In this document: in pieces, positions 30,633 to 40,904 of the stretch
Position numbering within the stretch: the stretch's first letter is position 1
Layout: every line of letters starts with the position of its first letter
DNA from: Spirochaetaceae bacterium
GTDB lineage: Bacteria > Spirochaetota > Spirochaetia > DSM-2461
NCBI GenBank assembly: GCA_051531975.1
Contig: JAOPTT010000002.1
Span: forward strand, 601,968-665,967
Direction: 5' to 3'
DNA: 64,000 bases
Translations under genes and position numbers: made by a program
Notes under the pieces: generated by a model
Database searches by the model: none
The model's input: only the letters and a program-made list of their open reading frames with translations
What the model was told of the DNA's origin: nothing

Positions 30633-30672
30633 TCTACACGCATAATATACACCCTCTATACGCATACGTCAA
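30633..30672 (-). promoter_or_regulatory. TA operon promoter with paired operator repeats
   Basis: TTGACG-17-TATATT; two TATGCGT(A/G)TAGA direct repeats (30655-30666, 30633-30644), one in the spacer and one just downstream of the -10. Confidence 0.65.
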
Positions 30673-30873
30673 AAGTCTATGGGACTATTAGTATATTCAT
30701 GAAATTATTGTTTTTGAAAATGATGACAATAAGAATATTGACCTATTTCCTGAGATTCGTCAGGAAGGGTATGGGTCAATAGTCTTTGGCCTCCCTTTGT
30801 GGTGAACACCATGACAAGCTGCCGGTAAAAGATCCAGATGGTACCTGGGGTTGGATAATATATACTATGGTAT

Positions 30874-31644
30874 TTATTTCTTCATAACATCCTGAATAAT
30901 CAAACCGGCTAAAGTAAAACCAAATAGTCCTGTAATATGGGTTATAGAACCATTAATCTGTTTCTTTGTACTACACCATTCATGAACCTCGTCACACCCC
31001 TCTTTTTTAGGGCATACACAGTTTCCAGATCCACAACCGATATTAACTTCGTGGGTTGGTAGTACTTCATCACTAAACACACATAGAAACTTTTTAGTAA
31101 CTCCAATTCTTTTAAGTCTGTTTCGAACAAGCCGGCCTAAAGGGCAACCATATGTTTTCCAGATCTGTTTAACCTGAACTCGGGAGGCATCTATCTTAGA
31201 TGCTGCTCCAAATGATGAGTAGAGTATGGTATCAGAAGAGAGAGCATGGGATATAAGTTCAACCTTGCAGCTTAAAGAGTCTATTGCATCAATTACATAG
31301 TCATAACTATTAAGATCAAATTCCTCCCTTGTCTCCTTACTATATATCTTTTCAATAGCTGTAATATTAACCTTAGGGTTTATATCGATTAACCTATTTC
31401 TAAGTGCAATAACCTTTACTTCTCCAACGGTTTTTGTTGTAGCCTGTAACTGTCTATTAATGTTCGTAACACAGACCAGATCCGAATCAACTATAGTAAT
31501 ATCAACTATACCGGATCGAACCAATGACTCTGCACACCAGCTACCTACTCCACCAACACCAAAGATAATAACCTTGGTATTCTGAAGTTTGTTAAACACC
31601 TCTTGGCCAGTTAAACGTAATAATCTGTTAAAAATAATACTCAT
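30874..31644 (-). CDS. tcdA: tRNA threonylcarbamoyladenosine dehydratase (ThiF family)
   Basis: GVGGVGSW..LVRSG, TNINRQ, VIDAID, CPLGRLVR, VFSDE, INGS motifs. Confidence 0.9.
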   Translation of the reverse strand: MSIIFNRLLRLTGQEVFNKLQNTKVIIFGVGGVGSWCAESLVRSGIVDITIVDSDLVCVTNINRQLQATTKTVGEVKVIALRNRLIDINPKVNITAIEKIYSKETREEFDLNSYDYVIDAIDSLSCKVELISHALSSDTILYSSFGAASKIDASRVQVKQIWKTYGCPLGRLVRNRLKRIGVTKKFLCVFSDEVLPTHEVNIGCGSGNCVCPKKEGCDEVHEWCSTKKQINGSITHITGLFGFTLAGLIIQDVMKK

Positions 31645-31801
31645 GGTAGTTTTATATCATACCTATTATGTCTATTCCAAGACTATAATGTGTAAAAACC
31701 CTATAATTATAAACATGGGAAATTACTCTAACTCGTTTTTATTTATATATTACCCAGAGTATTTGATTAGTAAATTCAGTTCTATATAAACTTGGATCTA
31801 T

Positions 31802-33265
31802 TTAATCCCAGGGTTCAAAACCTCTCTCTTCATGATCTTTACTCCATGGTTTAAAGTTTTTATTTATAACTGGTATTTTAGCTGCTTTATCTTTTTGCCA
31901 AGTTAAGAGTAGATCTTTTAATCTATTTTTATGTTCTATCTCAACTCTAGATAGATCAATTTTTTCACTTGGATCATTTTCTAAATTATATAATTCAAAC
32001 CTATCATCCTCAAAAAACTCTATTAATTTCCAAGGATAGTCTAAAATAGAAGATCCTGGAGTACCACCTTGGTTCCCATAATGTGGATAGTGCCAATAAA
32101 GAGGATCTCTGTTATTACTATCCTTCCCAGTTAATAGTGGTAACATACTAAAACCATCTATGTGCTGTGTAGGTTTTAATGGAAGTTTTACAGCTTCTAA
32201 AATTGTTGGATAGAAATCTGGACTTGTTACAGGGGCATGACAAACAGTATTAGGTTTAACAACCTTTGGCCATGAAATTAGTAGAGGTTCTCTAACTCCT
32301 CCTTCATACATCCAACCTTTACCCTCGTTTAGTGGGTAATTACATGTTGGAGACCCCTCTGCTGTGGATAAACCTCCATTATCTGAAGTAAATATAATTA
32401 GAGTATTATTGGTAATCTTTTCATCATCAAGCTTATTTAACAGTCGACCTATATTTTCATCTAGCGACTCTATCATTGCAGCATATACTGGGTCACTCTG
32501 TATAAGTCGCCTCTGTATTTTTTTATCTTTTTTATGCTCCCCAGGAAAGTAGTCACCTTCCTCAAAAGTTTTTTTAACATCCAATCCTAAATCAGACGCT
32601 TTATCTCTGTATTTTTTAATCTTCTCTTCTTTTGCTTCTATAGGTGTATGAACAGAGTAGTACCACAGGTTAAGAAAAAAAGGTCTGCCCTGGTCTCTAT
32701 TAGAAATTAGATCTAATGTTTTATCTGTTAAATAGTCGGTTAAATAGGTTCCATCTGGGACATTTTCATCTTTTAACGCCTCAATACCCCAAGGGCTAAA
32801 ATAACCATTAGGACCTGGTGATCCCATATAACATCCACCAATATTAATATCAAAACCGTGATTCTCTGGATAGTAAGGCTTTTTACCAATATGCCATTTC
32901 CCAACATGCCATGTACTGTATCCAGCGTCTTTTAATGGAACTGCAAGGGAGGTTTCTTCTAATGAGAGGTGATCTAAATAGGGAGCATCTATTAATCTAC
33001 CTCTACAATCCCCAACTGGTGAGTCAGAATCCCTAGAGTGATTTATCCAATCAGTAACTCCAGTTGATACCGGATATTTACCACTTAAAATACTAGCCCT
33101 TGTAGGTGAACAAACAGGACATGCCGCATAAGCTTGTGAAAAGAGCATACCTCTCTCTCGGATTTTATCAATATTAGGGGTTTCGTAAAATTCACTACCT
33201 GTACAAGATAGATCTTTCCAACCCATATCATCAATCAAAATAAATACAATATTTGGTTTATTCAT
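31802..33265 (-). CDS. Cys-type formylglycine-dependent sulfatase (S1), no signal peptide
   Basis: PNIVFILIDDMG, CSPTRASILSGKY, GKWHIG, TSDNGG. Confidence 0.95.
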   Translation of the reverse strand: MNKPNIVFILIDDMGWKDLSCTGSEFYETPNIDKIRERGMLFSQAYAACPVCSPTRASILSGKYPVSTGVTDWINHSRDSDSPVGDCRGRLIDAPYLDHLSLEETSLAVPLKDAGYSTWHVGKWHIGKKPYYPENHGFDINIGGCYMGSPGPNGYFSPWGIEALKDENVPDGTYLTDYLTDKTLDLISNRDQGRPFFLNLWYYSVHTPIEAKEEKIKKYRDKASDLGLDVKKTFEEGDYFPGEHKKDKKIQRRLIQSDPVYAAMIESLDENIGRLLNKLDDEKITNNTLIIFTSDNGGLSTAEGSPTCNYPLNEGKGWMYEGGVREPLLISWPKVVKPNTVCHAPVTSPDFYPTILEAVKLPLKPTQHIDGFSMLPLLTGKDSNNRDPLYWHYPHYGNQGGTPGSSILDYPWKLIEFFEDDRFELYNLENDPSEKIDLSRVEIEHKNRLKDLLLTWQKDKAAKIPVINKNFKPWSKDHEERGFEPWD

Positions 33266-33343
33266 TTAAACTCCATTTGTTTTATTTGAGTAAGTATAAC
33301 ACTGTGGTATAATGATTAAAATGTTACATATGGGAGAATACTT

Positions 33344-34147
33344 GTGTTAATTGAGCAACATATCTATAAACAATCAAACTACAGTAACAGAGGATATGAA
33401 TTCTTAGATAATTCAATAAGGTGTGGATTTATATCTAAAAATAAAATAGTAAAAGAGGTTCAATTTTCAACGTCTCAGTATGCTCTAGTTTATATAGTAG
33501 AAGGTAGTGGAACATACTCTGATTCAAATGGTGTATTTAGTTTTAAAAAAGGAGATATTTTCCAAAGAGTGCCAAATATAGTACATGATGTAACATATAG
33601 TAAAGGTGCAAAAAGATTTTACGTAGCTATTCCAAACGAGATATTTAATATTATAAAGTTAACAGGAGATAATTTTCATAAAGAAGCTGTACACTCTATA
33701 GGTTACGATAAAATTATTTTAGATAAGATAGATAAATTATTTACGTTTTGTAACTCAGACTGTGATCTGTTTAAAATACTTATTCAGATTCAAAATTTTA
33801 TATCAGATTGTATTAATTTATCCAAACAAAATGATACAGAACTAGAGCAAATTATTAAAATGTTATGCGATAGCAAATGTCATCTATCATTAGAAGAAAT
33901 GACTTTTAAATTAGGTATGAACTACCACTCCTTTAGGAGGAAATTTAAGAGTTGTATGAATGTATCACCTGGCGAATATAGAATACAAAAAAAAATAGAG
34001 GCTGCTATATCCCTACTTCTATATAGGGATAAAACGATTTCAGATATTTCTAAAGAACTAGGGTACAACGACCTATATACATTTTCATCTCAATTTAAAA
34101 AACATACTGGGTTATCTCCTATGAACTTTAGAAATAGAGTACATTAA
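33344..34147 (+). CDS. AraC-family transcriptional regulator
   Basis: Cupin-like N-terminus and HTH LGYNDLYTFSSQFKKHTGLSP. Confidence 0.9.
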   Translation: MLIEQHIYKQSNYSNRGYEFLDNSIRCGFISKNKIVKEVQFSTSQYALVYIVEGSGTYSDSNGVFSFKKGDIFQRVPNIVHDVTYSKGAKRFYVAIPNEIFNIIKLTGDNFHKEAVHSIGYDKIILDKIDKLFTFCNSDCDLFKILIQIQNFISDCINLSKQNDTELEQIIKMLCDSKCHLSLEEMTFKLGMNYHSFRRKFKSCMNVSPGEYRIQKKIEAAISLLLYRDKTISDISKELGYNDLYTFSSQFKKHTGLSPMNFRNRVH

Positions 34148-34151
34148 CTTG

Positions 34152-35645
34152 TTACCAGTTAGCTATCCTACCTATATTTGGGTTTAATGAATCAACACTC
34201 TGTTTTAACAGTTTCATAAACAGCTCATCTTTAGTTTTTTTATACTGAGGCAGGTTAGAACAGTCATTTAACTCATATGGATCATCAGGGTGATAAAAGA
34301 GCTGTATCGTATTATCATTAGGAAAATAAATTAGATGATACTCTTTATCCCATATGGATAAATTTCTTTTATTGCTAAAATATATACACTGAGACATAGG
34401 TAGTTCATCTCTTTTTTTATATACACTACTTCCTTGGAGCCACTCTGGGTTTTCATATCCTAATAAATCGCATATTGTAGGAAAAACATCGATATTAGAG
34501 GAAGGGTTATTCTCTAAAACAGAGTGTTTATTTTTCCCATCTTTTACAATTAAGTTTATATGACACAAAGCTTTAGCTGATAAATCATTTTTACGTAGAA
34601 GATTAAAATCACCCATATAGTCTCCATGATCACTTGTAAAGACTACAATTGTATCATCGTATAAATTATTAATTTTTAGGGAAGATATAATTTCTCCAAT
34701 TTTTTTATCAATAAGATAGTTTTGTGCATTTGTATACTCTTGAATTGTAGAGATAGATTCTTTTGAAAGATTTAACTCTTTTAAACTCTCTTTAAACAGA
34801 ATATTAGAATGATTATAACTACGATCAAAGCTAGAATGTTTATAAAATTCATTTTTATCTACACCGTTTCTTTTTATAATTGCCCTATACTCCGTTAGTG
34901 TCTCTTCTGGTGGTGTCCATGGGTGGTGAGGATCAGGGAACCCTGCAAATAGAAAAAATGGTTTATCGACTTTCTGGTTAGAGATATAGTCGCAACATTG
35001 TAAACCAACCCAACTAGAGTGATGATATTGTTCTGGAATTTTCGATGCATACTCTCCAACTTCTCCTCGTCCAGCAGCATCATTTTTTATATTAAACTCT
35101 GGATATTCTAGTTTCAACCAGTTATCATAAGCACCAATTGTATGCTCCCCATGACCTATGGTTGGTAGAAAACTGTCAAATCCATAATATGGTCCAACAT
35201 CATCTTTGAGTTTACCATTTATCCAATCTTCTCTATTTTCCATGTTTTTAAAAGATGGATCACATTGAGTAGGAGTAATATGTAGTTTACCCACTGCAGC
35301 AGTATTAAATCCTTTATCTTTAAGGAAATCACCTATAGTAGGAATATGGGAAATTAAGTTATTCCCTTTACTCTCGATATATTTTTTTGCTAATTTCCCC
35401 AAGGGTATATCTGTTTCCCTTGGTAGCGGGATTCCATTTATGACAACACCATGAACTGAAGGATATGTTCCTGATAGCAGACTAGATCGTGATGGCATAC
35501 AGACAGGATTTGTTGAGAAATGTCTAGTAAATTTATTACCCTCTTCTGCTAATCTATCTAAGTTTGGTGTTACTGCACCAGGGTTTCCAGTGCAACCCAA
35601 ACTATCGAATCTCTGTTGATCTGTATGAATAATTACAACATTCAT
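34152..35645 (-). CDS. Cys-type sulfatase (S1), no signal peptide
   Basis: HTDQQR, CMPSRSSLLSG, GKLH, DPHHP, TSDHGD. Confidence 0.93.
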   Translation of the reverse strand: MNVVIIHTDQQRFDSLGCTGNPGAVTPNLDRLAEEGNKFTRHFSTNPVCMPSRSSLLSGTYPSVHGVVINGIPLPRETDIPLGKLAKKYIESKGNNLISHIPTIGDFLKDKGFNTAAVGKLHITPTQCDPSFKNMENREDWINGKLKDDVGPYYGFDSFLPTIGHGEHTIGAYDNWLKLEYPEFNIKNDAAGRGEVGEYASKIPEQYHHSSWVGLQCCDYISNQKVDKPFFLFAGFPDPHHPWTPPEETLTEYRAIIKRNGVDKNEFYKHSSFDRSYNHSNILFKESLKELNLSKESISTIQEYTNAQNYLIDKKIGEIISSLKINNLYDDTIVVFTSDHGDYMGDFNLLRKNDLSAKALCHINLIVKDGKNKHSVLENNPSSNIDVFPTICDLLGYENPEWLQGSSVYKKRDELPMSQCIYFSNKRNLSIWDKEYHLIYFPNDNTIQLFYHPDDPYELNDCSNLPQYKKTKDELFMKLLKQSVDSLNPNIGRIANW

Positions 35646-36607
35646 TTTATACCATCGATTTTATTTTTTACTAGATCAATCTCTACTTCAGTATGGTTTT
35701 GAATAGATATTGTACTTTTTTCACCAAACTCTATAGGTAAAAACATATATGTTGAAGTAAAATATTTCTCTTTTTCTCCACCCCACCTATCACCTATATA
35801 TAGATACGATGTGCTATTTTCACTTTTTACAGGAAGGACAGATGTTGGTTGACTACGATATGTTGTTTCATCCCCTAAGTTTTTAAGCATACTCCATTTA
35901 CCATCAATGGATTCAGAATATGCGTAACAAGACTGATTTGGATCCCATCCAGAACAGGCTGAAGTTAACATATAATATAAGTTATCTTTTTTAAAAACAG
36001 CAGGTGCTTCCCTGAACTGCCCTGGCCATAGAGTTCTTACATGCTCATCAATACTAAGATAATCATCTGATAACCTATATATGTGTAAATCGGCATTTCC
36101 TCTTGAGGATGTAATAAAATAAGCACTACCATCATCATCTTTAAACAGAGTACAATCTCTAGACATATGTCCTATAGGATTAAAGCTGCCTAAATAGGTA
36201 TAATCTCCTGCAATAGTATCGGAAATGGCTATTGCACATCGAGCTTCAGAGTAGTCTGATGGTTTCTCCCAATGCATCCACATAACATATTTATCAATTT
36301 TTTCATTATATAGGATTTTAGGTCTCTCTATATTACAACCTTCACCTATACTTGCTTTGTCGTTATCTATCTCCAACCTTAAGTCTGTTCCGAAGTAGTG
36401 TTTCTTAGTAGGACTATCTAAACTAAGAATGGTATTTTCAAAAGTCCAGTTAGTTAAATCGGAAGATGAATAGCAAGAGACTTTATTTCTACCTCGTCTA
36501 TCTTCCCCTATCCAGTAGTAAATATTATTAACATGAATAATCTCTCCACCATGGGCATGCAGAGGTAGGTTATTGTTATCTAGTATTTCTAATCCATTTT
36601 TAATCAT
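35642..36607 (-). CDS. Glycoside hydrolase family 43 (resembles beta-1,3-galactanase-like subfamily)
   Basis: HAHGG, YYWIGE, IERPKI, MWMH, SRDCTLF, REAPAVF, GDRW. Confidence 0.88.
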   Translation of the reverse strand: MIKNGLEILDNNNLPLHAHGGEIIHVNNIYYWIGEDRRGRNKVSCYSSSDLTNWTFENTILSLDSPTKKHYFGTDLRLEIDNDKASIGEGCNIERPKILYNEKIDKYVMWMHWEKPSDYSEARCAIAISDTIAGDYTYLGSFNPIGHMSRDCTLFKDDDGSAYFITSSRGNADLHIYRLSDDYLSIDEHVRTLWPGQFREAPAVFKKDNLYYMLTSACSGWDPNQSCYAYSESIDGKWSMLKNLGDETTYRSQPTSVLPVKSENSTSYLYIGDRWGGEKEKYFTSTYMFLPIEFGEKSTISIQNHTEVEIDLVKNKIDGIK

Positions 36608-37932
36608 TATCTATTTCCTTTTACAATCTCAGGGCTTTTTTCCCCTGCTTCGACCATTCTTCTTTTTAATGTCTGAGTTAACTGCTCTTTTATATCATCA
36701 TGAATATCAGAATCGATTAAATTTTCTTTTTCATGGGGATCATTACGTAGGTCATATAAAAAATCTTCCGTGTATTCATCACTTCCTGGGTGATCATTTC
36801 CATCTTTATTAGCAGCTCGAACAGAGAATTTCCATCGATCTGTTCTAATCGCTCTACCTACATGACTTTCGCTAATCTGTATAAAAACCTCTTTAGGCCA
36901 GTCTAAATGGCTACCATTAACAAGCTCTTTTAAACTATTACCTTGAAATGTAGATGGTACTTTAATATTAGATACATCTAAAAACGTCTTAGGTAGATCA
37001 ATTAAGCTAACCATATCATCCACAACTTTACCACCGCTGAACCCAGGACCACAAACGATTAATGGGATATGCACTGATCCATCGTGACAGGATCGTTTAT
37101 ATTCACTATTTCTAGTTTTAAAATGTGAACCATGGTCACTTGTATAGACGATGATGGTATTCTCTTCTAATCCTAATAATTTTAGTTCCTCTCTAATTCT
37201 TCCTACATTTTCGTCTAGGTTATTACAACACCCAAGGTAGTCTGGATAGTTTTCTCTCCAGTTCCCTTCTGTACCTTCGAGATCCCCAGGAACCTTAAAA
37301 TCTTTAAATCGTTCTTTAGAGCCGTTAGGCCCCTCATAACATTCACGATCATTTTGATGATGGGGTTCTATATAGGAGACCATTAAAAAAAAAGGCTTAT
37401 CACTTTTTTTACCATTAAGATACTCTAATGCAAAGTCTGTAGTCGCATCTCCTCTATAACCTTTAAAGTCCCTTTTTCTACTGTCTATGTCATACATATA
37501 ACCGTCATATCCATGGGATGTAAACTCTAAAACATCAGATGCAATCCAGAAATCTTTATACCCACCTCTTAGTTCTTGGGGAACAGCTTTAATAGCATAA
37601 TCATTTATGCCATGTGTTGTAGCTAAGTGCCATTTCCCAACATAAGCAGTCTCATATCCACTATCATTAAATAGATCCGCTATTTTAGGTAGATTGTGAT
37701 CAAGACCTATACCATTTTTGAAACTTCCTGACTGTGTTGCGTATAAACCAGTTTGTAGACATGATCTAGCTGGTCCACATACAGGCTGACAAGTAAATGC
37801 ATTATTAAAAAGCACACCATCTTTTGCCATTTTATCTAGATTTGGTGTAACATCCATCTCTTGACCATAGGCTCCGATGGTGTCCCATCTCTGCTGATCA
37901 GAAAATAGGAATACTATATTGGGTTGTTTCAT
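36607..37932 (-). CDS. Cys-type sulfatase (S1), no signal peptide
   Basis: FSDQQRWD, CGPARSCLQTG, GKWHL, EPHHQND, TSDHGSH. Confidence 0.94.
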   Translation of the reverse strand: MKQPNIVFLFSDQQRWDTIGAYGQEMDVTPNLDKMAKDGVLFNNAFTCQPVCGPARSCLQTGLYATQSGSFKNGIGLDHNLPKIADLFNDSGYETAYVGKWHLATTHGINDYAIKAVPQELRGGYKDFWIASDVLEFTSHGYDGYMYDIDSRKRDFKGYRGDATTDFALEYLNGKKSDKPFFLMVSYIEPHHQNDRECYEGPNGSKERFKDFKVPGDLEGTEGNWRENYPDYLGCCNNLDENVGRIREELKLLGLEENTIIVYTSDHGSHFKTRNSEYKRSCHDGSVHIPLIVCGPGFSGGKVVDDMVSLIDLPKTFLDVSNIKVPSTFQGNSLKELVNGSHLDWPKEVFIQISESHVGRAIRTDRWKFSVRAANKDGNDHPGSDEYTEDFLYDLRNDPHEKENLIDSDIHDDIKEQLTQTLKRRMVEAGEKSPEIVKGNR

Positions 37933-40844
37933 AAATTATCTCCAGTTCTTCTTAAAATTAATTTTTTGTTAAACCCATATGCAGTACTAATAGAACCATT
38001 AGTATTATCTAATTCCAGTTCTATACACCTCTGATCTAACATTGATATACTATTTTTTTCACCACTATCAAACCAAATCTCTCCTTGGCCTGCATAGTTT
38101 GGTACTTCTAAGAAGTCCAACGGAAAATCATACCACCATGAACCTAACTTCTGAGTATTATTTTTATCAATAACCCTCTCTATTAATCCATCTTCTTTAA
38201 AATTGAAGGTGAATTGTCCATCAGTCCAATAGCCAAAAAGTTTTTCAGAGAATGGGCCAACTGTTTGTTTTAAGTTTAAAACTTTATTACCATGGGCTAA
38301 ATCTATGACCTTATCCCTCTCCCCTTTTATAAATGAAGATTGAATTTTATCTATTAGCTTTTTATTATTGTAGACCTTTATTACAACTTTTGATGAGTCA
38401 CTCAGTTTTATTGGTTCTTTATATTCAAACCATTCACCACTGTTTATTTGCATAACTGATTTCAAGTTGACTAATATCTCTGAGTTATCAAGGCTTAAAT
38501 ATTTAGCATCAACAGAGACTAAAGTAGAATCTTTAAAGACCTTATCCCCTAAAATAGATGATACATATATACCTGCACTATTTATTTCATTTAATTCAGA
38601 TTGCACAACAGCCATACATGACCCATAAAAAGCGTTTCTTCTAGTCGATATTAATGGTGTGGTATCTATGTGATCTCCATTCTCAGTTCCAAGAATGGTA
38701 ATATCTCCCACTGCTTTAAAAGAGACAATATTGTCAGCATATGGAACCCTTATATTCTTCTCATCAAATATATTAACATCAATTTGAATTACATCATTAC
38801 CGTCATTTGTCAAATTGATATCATCAGAAATAACTTGAATTTTTCTAGATGTTCCAGATGTGCTATATCCTTTTTCGCTAACAGTAACTCCACTGTTATA
38901 CGAGATCGCTTTTATTGACCCCTCTATATATGGAACATCCCATTGTAAATATTTATTACTCCCAACTAATCTTTTACCTAAAGATTGATTGTTAAGAAAC
39001 AGCTCTACTTCTTCACAATTAGAATAAACCCATACAGGTATTTTTGTTCCTTTTTCTATATTAGGATGGGTCCAATGAGGTAATAGATGAACCATAGGTT
39101 CTTTACTCCACATACTTTGGTATAGGTAGTAAGAATCTTTAGGAATATTATCCATGCCTATTACACCGCTGTCACTATATCTTGCAGGCCAATTAAAACT
39201 CTCACCATAATAATCAAAACCACTCCATCTAAACTCACCCATTAGATATGGTCTATCTTCTGATAATGTCCATGAATCTCTAATACAAGCTCTAACTCCT
39301 GCATTGTCATATGAAGAGCTATAGGTAATATGTCCATCGAAAAATAGTTCTTCTTCACATAGATTTTCAATCTCTATTCTAGGTTGATTTTTATCTCTCC
39401 ACCACGTTTGTGTTCTATAAAAACCTCTAGTTTGACTTGTGTGTGGAGCTTCTGTTGCTACCATTAACTGATTAGGCCTTCTTTCATGATCCCTATCGTA
39501 TGCAAAACATGCTCCTCCACCATCATTGTAACCTGCTATTTCAAACTCAGCTCTATTAACATCAGCATGGTCGTCAACACCTTGAACCCCACAAGTAATA
39601 GGCCGTGTAGTATCAAGGTTTTTAATTATGGCTTGTAGCTTTCTACTTGTTTCAACCCTCATCCCAAGAACTTCATTACCGATACTCCACATGATAATGG
39701 ATGGATGATTTCTATCCCTACGTATAAAGTCGGTTAAATCTCTTTTATGCCACTCTTCAAAATATAGGCCATAGTCATAGGAAGCTTTTTTCGTTTCCCA
39801 ACCATCAAAGATCTCATCCATAACCATAATTCCTAGTTCATCGCAAACATCATAAAAATCTGACGAAAATGGGTTATGGGCTGTTCGTATAGCGTTACAT
39901 CCCATATCCTTTAATAACAGAACTCTCTTTTTTAATATTTTTTTAGTGACTGCTGCTCCTACAACTCCTGAATCATGGTGTAGGCAGACCCCTTTCAACT
40001 TCATATTTATATTGTTTAAATAAAAACCTTGGTTAGGTTTAAACTCTATTTTTCTTATTCCGAATTTACTCTTTTCTCTATCCTGTACAACACCATCTTT
40101 TACTACTTTTATTTCACAACTATATAGATATGGTGAATCTGTAGACCATAATTTACAACCATCTAGGGTAAATGTAATACTACTTGTTAGCTTATCGGTT
40201 ATGTTCTCTGATATGGTCTTATTATATATTGAATTAGCTTCCTGATCGTAAATATTATAAATGATATCCATAGAACAATCATTTTTGTATCTGTTAGTAA
40301 TCTCACTACTTATACTGATTTCAGCTCTGTTGTTATCAAGTACTTTAGTAGTAATATTTCTACCCCAAGTATTAAAGGATATTTTATGACTCTCTTTTAA
40401 CCAAACATTTCTGTATATACCACAGCCATTATACCATCTACTTGACTCTTGTTTACTATTATCAACTCTAACTGATATAATATTTAATCCTTCAACTAAA
40501 TATTCTTCAAGATCATAACAAAAGCTAATATATCCATATGGTCGATGTCCCAAATGATGTCCATTAATATAAACATCACTATTCATATAAACACCATCAA
40601 AGTGAATATTAAAACGTTTATTTAGTTTTTCTTTGGTTATATATAACTCTTTTCTATACCATCCTATACCTGTTCTAACAAAACCTCCTCGTTTACCTGA
40701 GGTTTCATTTTTATCATAGGGGAAATCTCTACTCCAATCATGGGGGATTTGTATACGCTCCCAAGATGAGTGATCAAATTGTACATTTTTGTTTTCATCT
40801 CTATCTGATAAAGAAAAATACCAGTCTTTATTATAGTTAGTCAT
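37929..40844 (-). CDS. Glycoside hydrolase family 2 (beta-galactosidase-like) with C-terminal extension
   Basis: IPHDWS, FDGVYMNS, KGVCLHHD, NAIRTAHNP, WSIGNE, WSGFDY; start placed at ATG 40844 behind a GAGG SD (ORF track start 40862 overlaps the hairpin). Confidence 0.92.
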   Translation of the reverse strand: MTNYNKDWYFSLSDRDENKNVQFDHSSWERIQIPHDWSRDFPYDKNETSGKRGGFVRTGIGWYRKELYITKEKLNKRFNIHFDGVYMNSDVYINGHHLGHRPYGYISFCYDLEEYLVEGLNIISVRVDNSKQESSRWYNGCGIYRNVWLKESHKISFNTWGRNITTKVLDNNRAEISISSEITNRYKNDCSMDIIYNIYDQEANSIYNKTISENITDKLTSSITFTLDGCKLWSTDSPYLYSCEIKVVKDGVVQDREKSKFGIRKIEFKPNQGFYLNNINMKLKGVCLHHDSGVVGAAVTKKILKKRVLLLKDMGCNAIRTAHNPFSSDFYDVCDELGIMVMDEIFDGWETKKASYDYGLYFEEWHKRDLTDFIRRDRNHPSIIMWSIGNEVLGMRVETSRKLQAIIKNLDTTRPITCGVQGVDDHADVNRAEFEIAGYNDGGGACFAYDRDHERRPNQLMVATEAPHTSQTRGFYRTQTWWRDKNQPRIEIENLCEEELFFDGHITYSSSYDNAGVRACIRDSWTLSEDRPYLMGEFRWSGFDYYGESFNWPARYSDSGVIGMDNIPKDSYYLYQSMWSKEPMVHLLPHWTHPNIEKGTKIPVWVYSNCEEVELFLNNQSLGKRLVGSNKYLQWDVPYIEGSIKAISYNSGVTVSEKGYSTSGTSRKIQVISDDINLTNDGNDVIQIDVNIFDEKNIRVPYADNIVSFKAVGDITILGTENGDHIDTTPLISTRRNAFYGSCMAVVQSELNEINSAGIYVSSILGDKVFKDSTLVSVDAKYLSLDNSEILVNLKSVMQINSGEWFEYKEPIKLSDSSKVVIKVYNNKKLIDKIQSSFIKGERDKVIDLAHGNKVLNLKQTVGPFSEKLFGYWTDGQFTFNFKEDGLIERVIDKNNTQKLGSWWYDFPLDFLEVPNYAGQGEIWFDSGEKNSISMLDQRCIELELDNTNGSISTAYGFNKKLILRRTGDNL

Positions 40845-40860
40845 TGTTATCCTCATAAAC

Positions 40861-40890
40861 AAAAAAGTGGAGGTCTCCCTCCACTTTTTT
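40861..40890 (-). terminator. Intra-operon terminator-like hairpin between SBP and GH2 genes
   Basis: AAAAAAGTGGAGG-TCTC-CCTCCACTTTTTT perfect stem with flanking A/T runs. Confidence 0.75.
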
Positions 40891-40904
40891 AAAATTTGAT
40901 AGTA

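Noticed and set aside
30690..30880. GC-richer stretch that looks like a gene remnant
   Set aside because: Interrupted in the frames examined and no family motif recognised; cannot be supported without a search.
30930..31050. Cys-rich loop in TcdA (CGSGNCVCP..C..HEWC) as a novel metal site
   Set aside because: To my knowledge similar Cys-rich C-terminal loops occur in many TcdA homologs, so it is not distinctive here.
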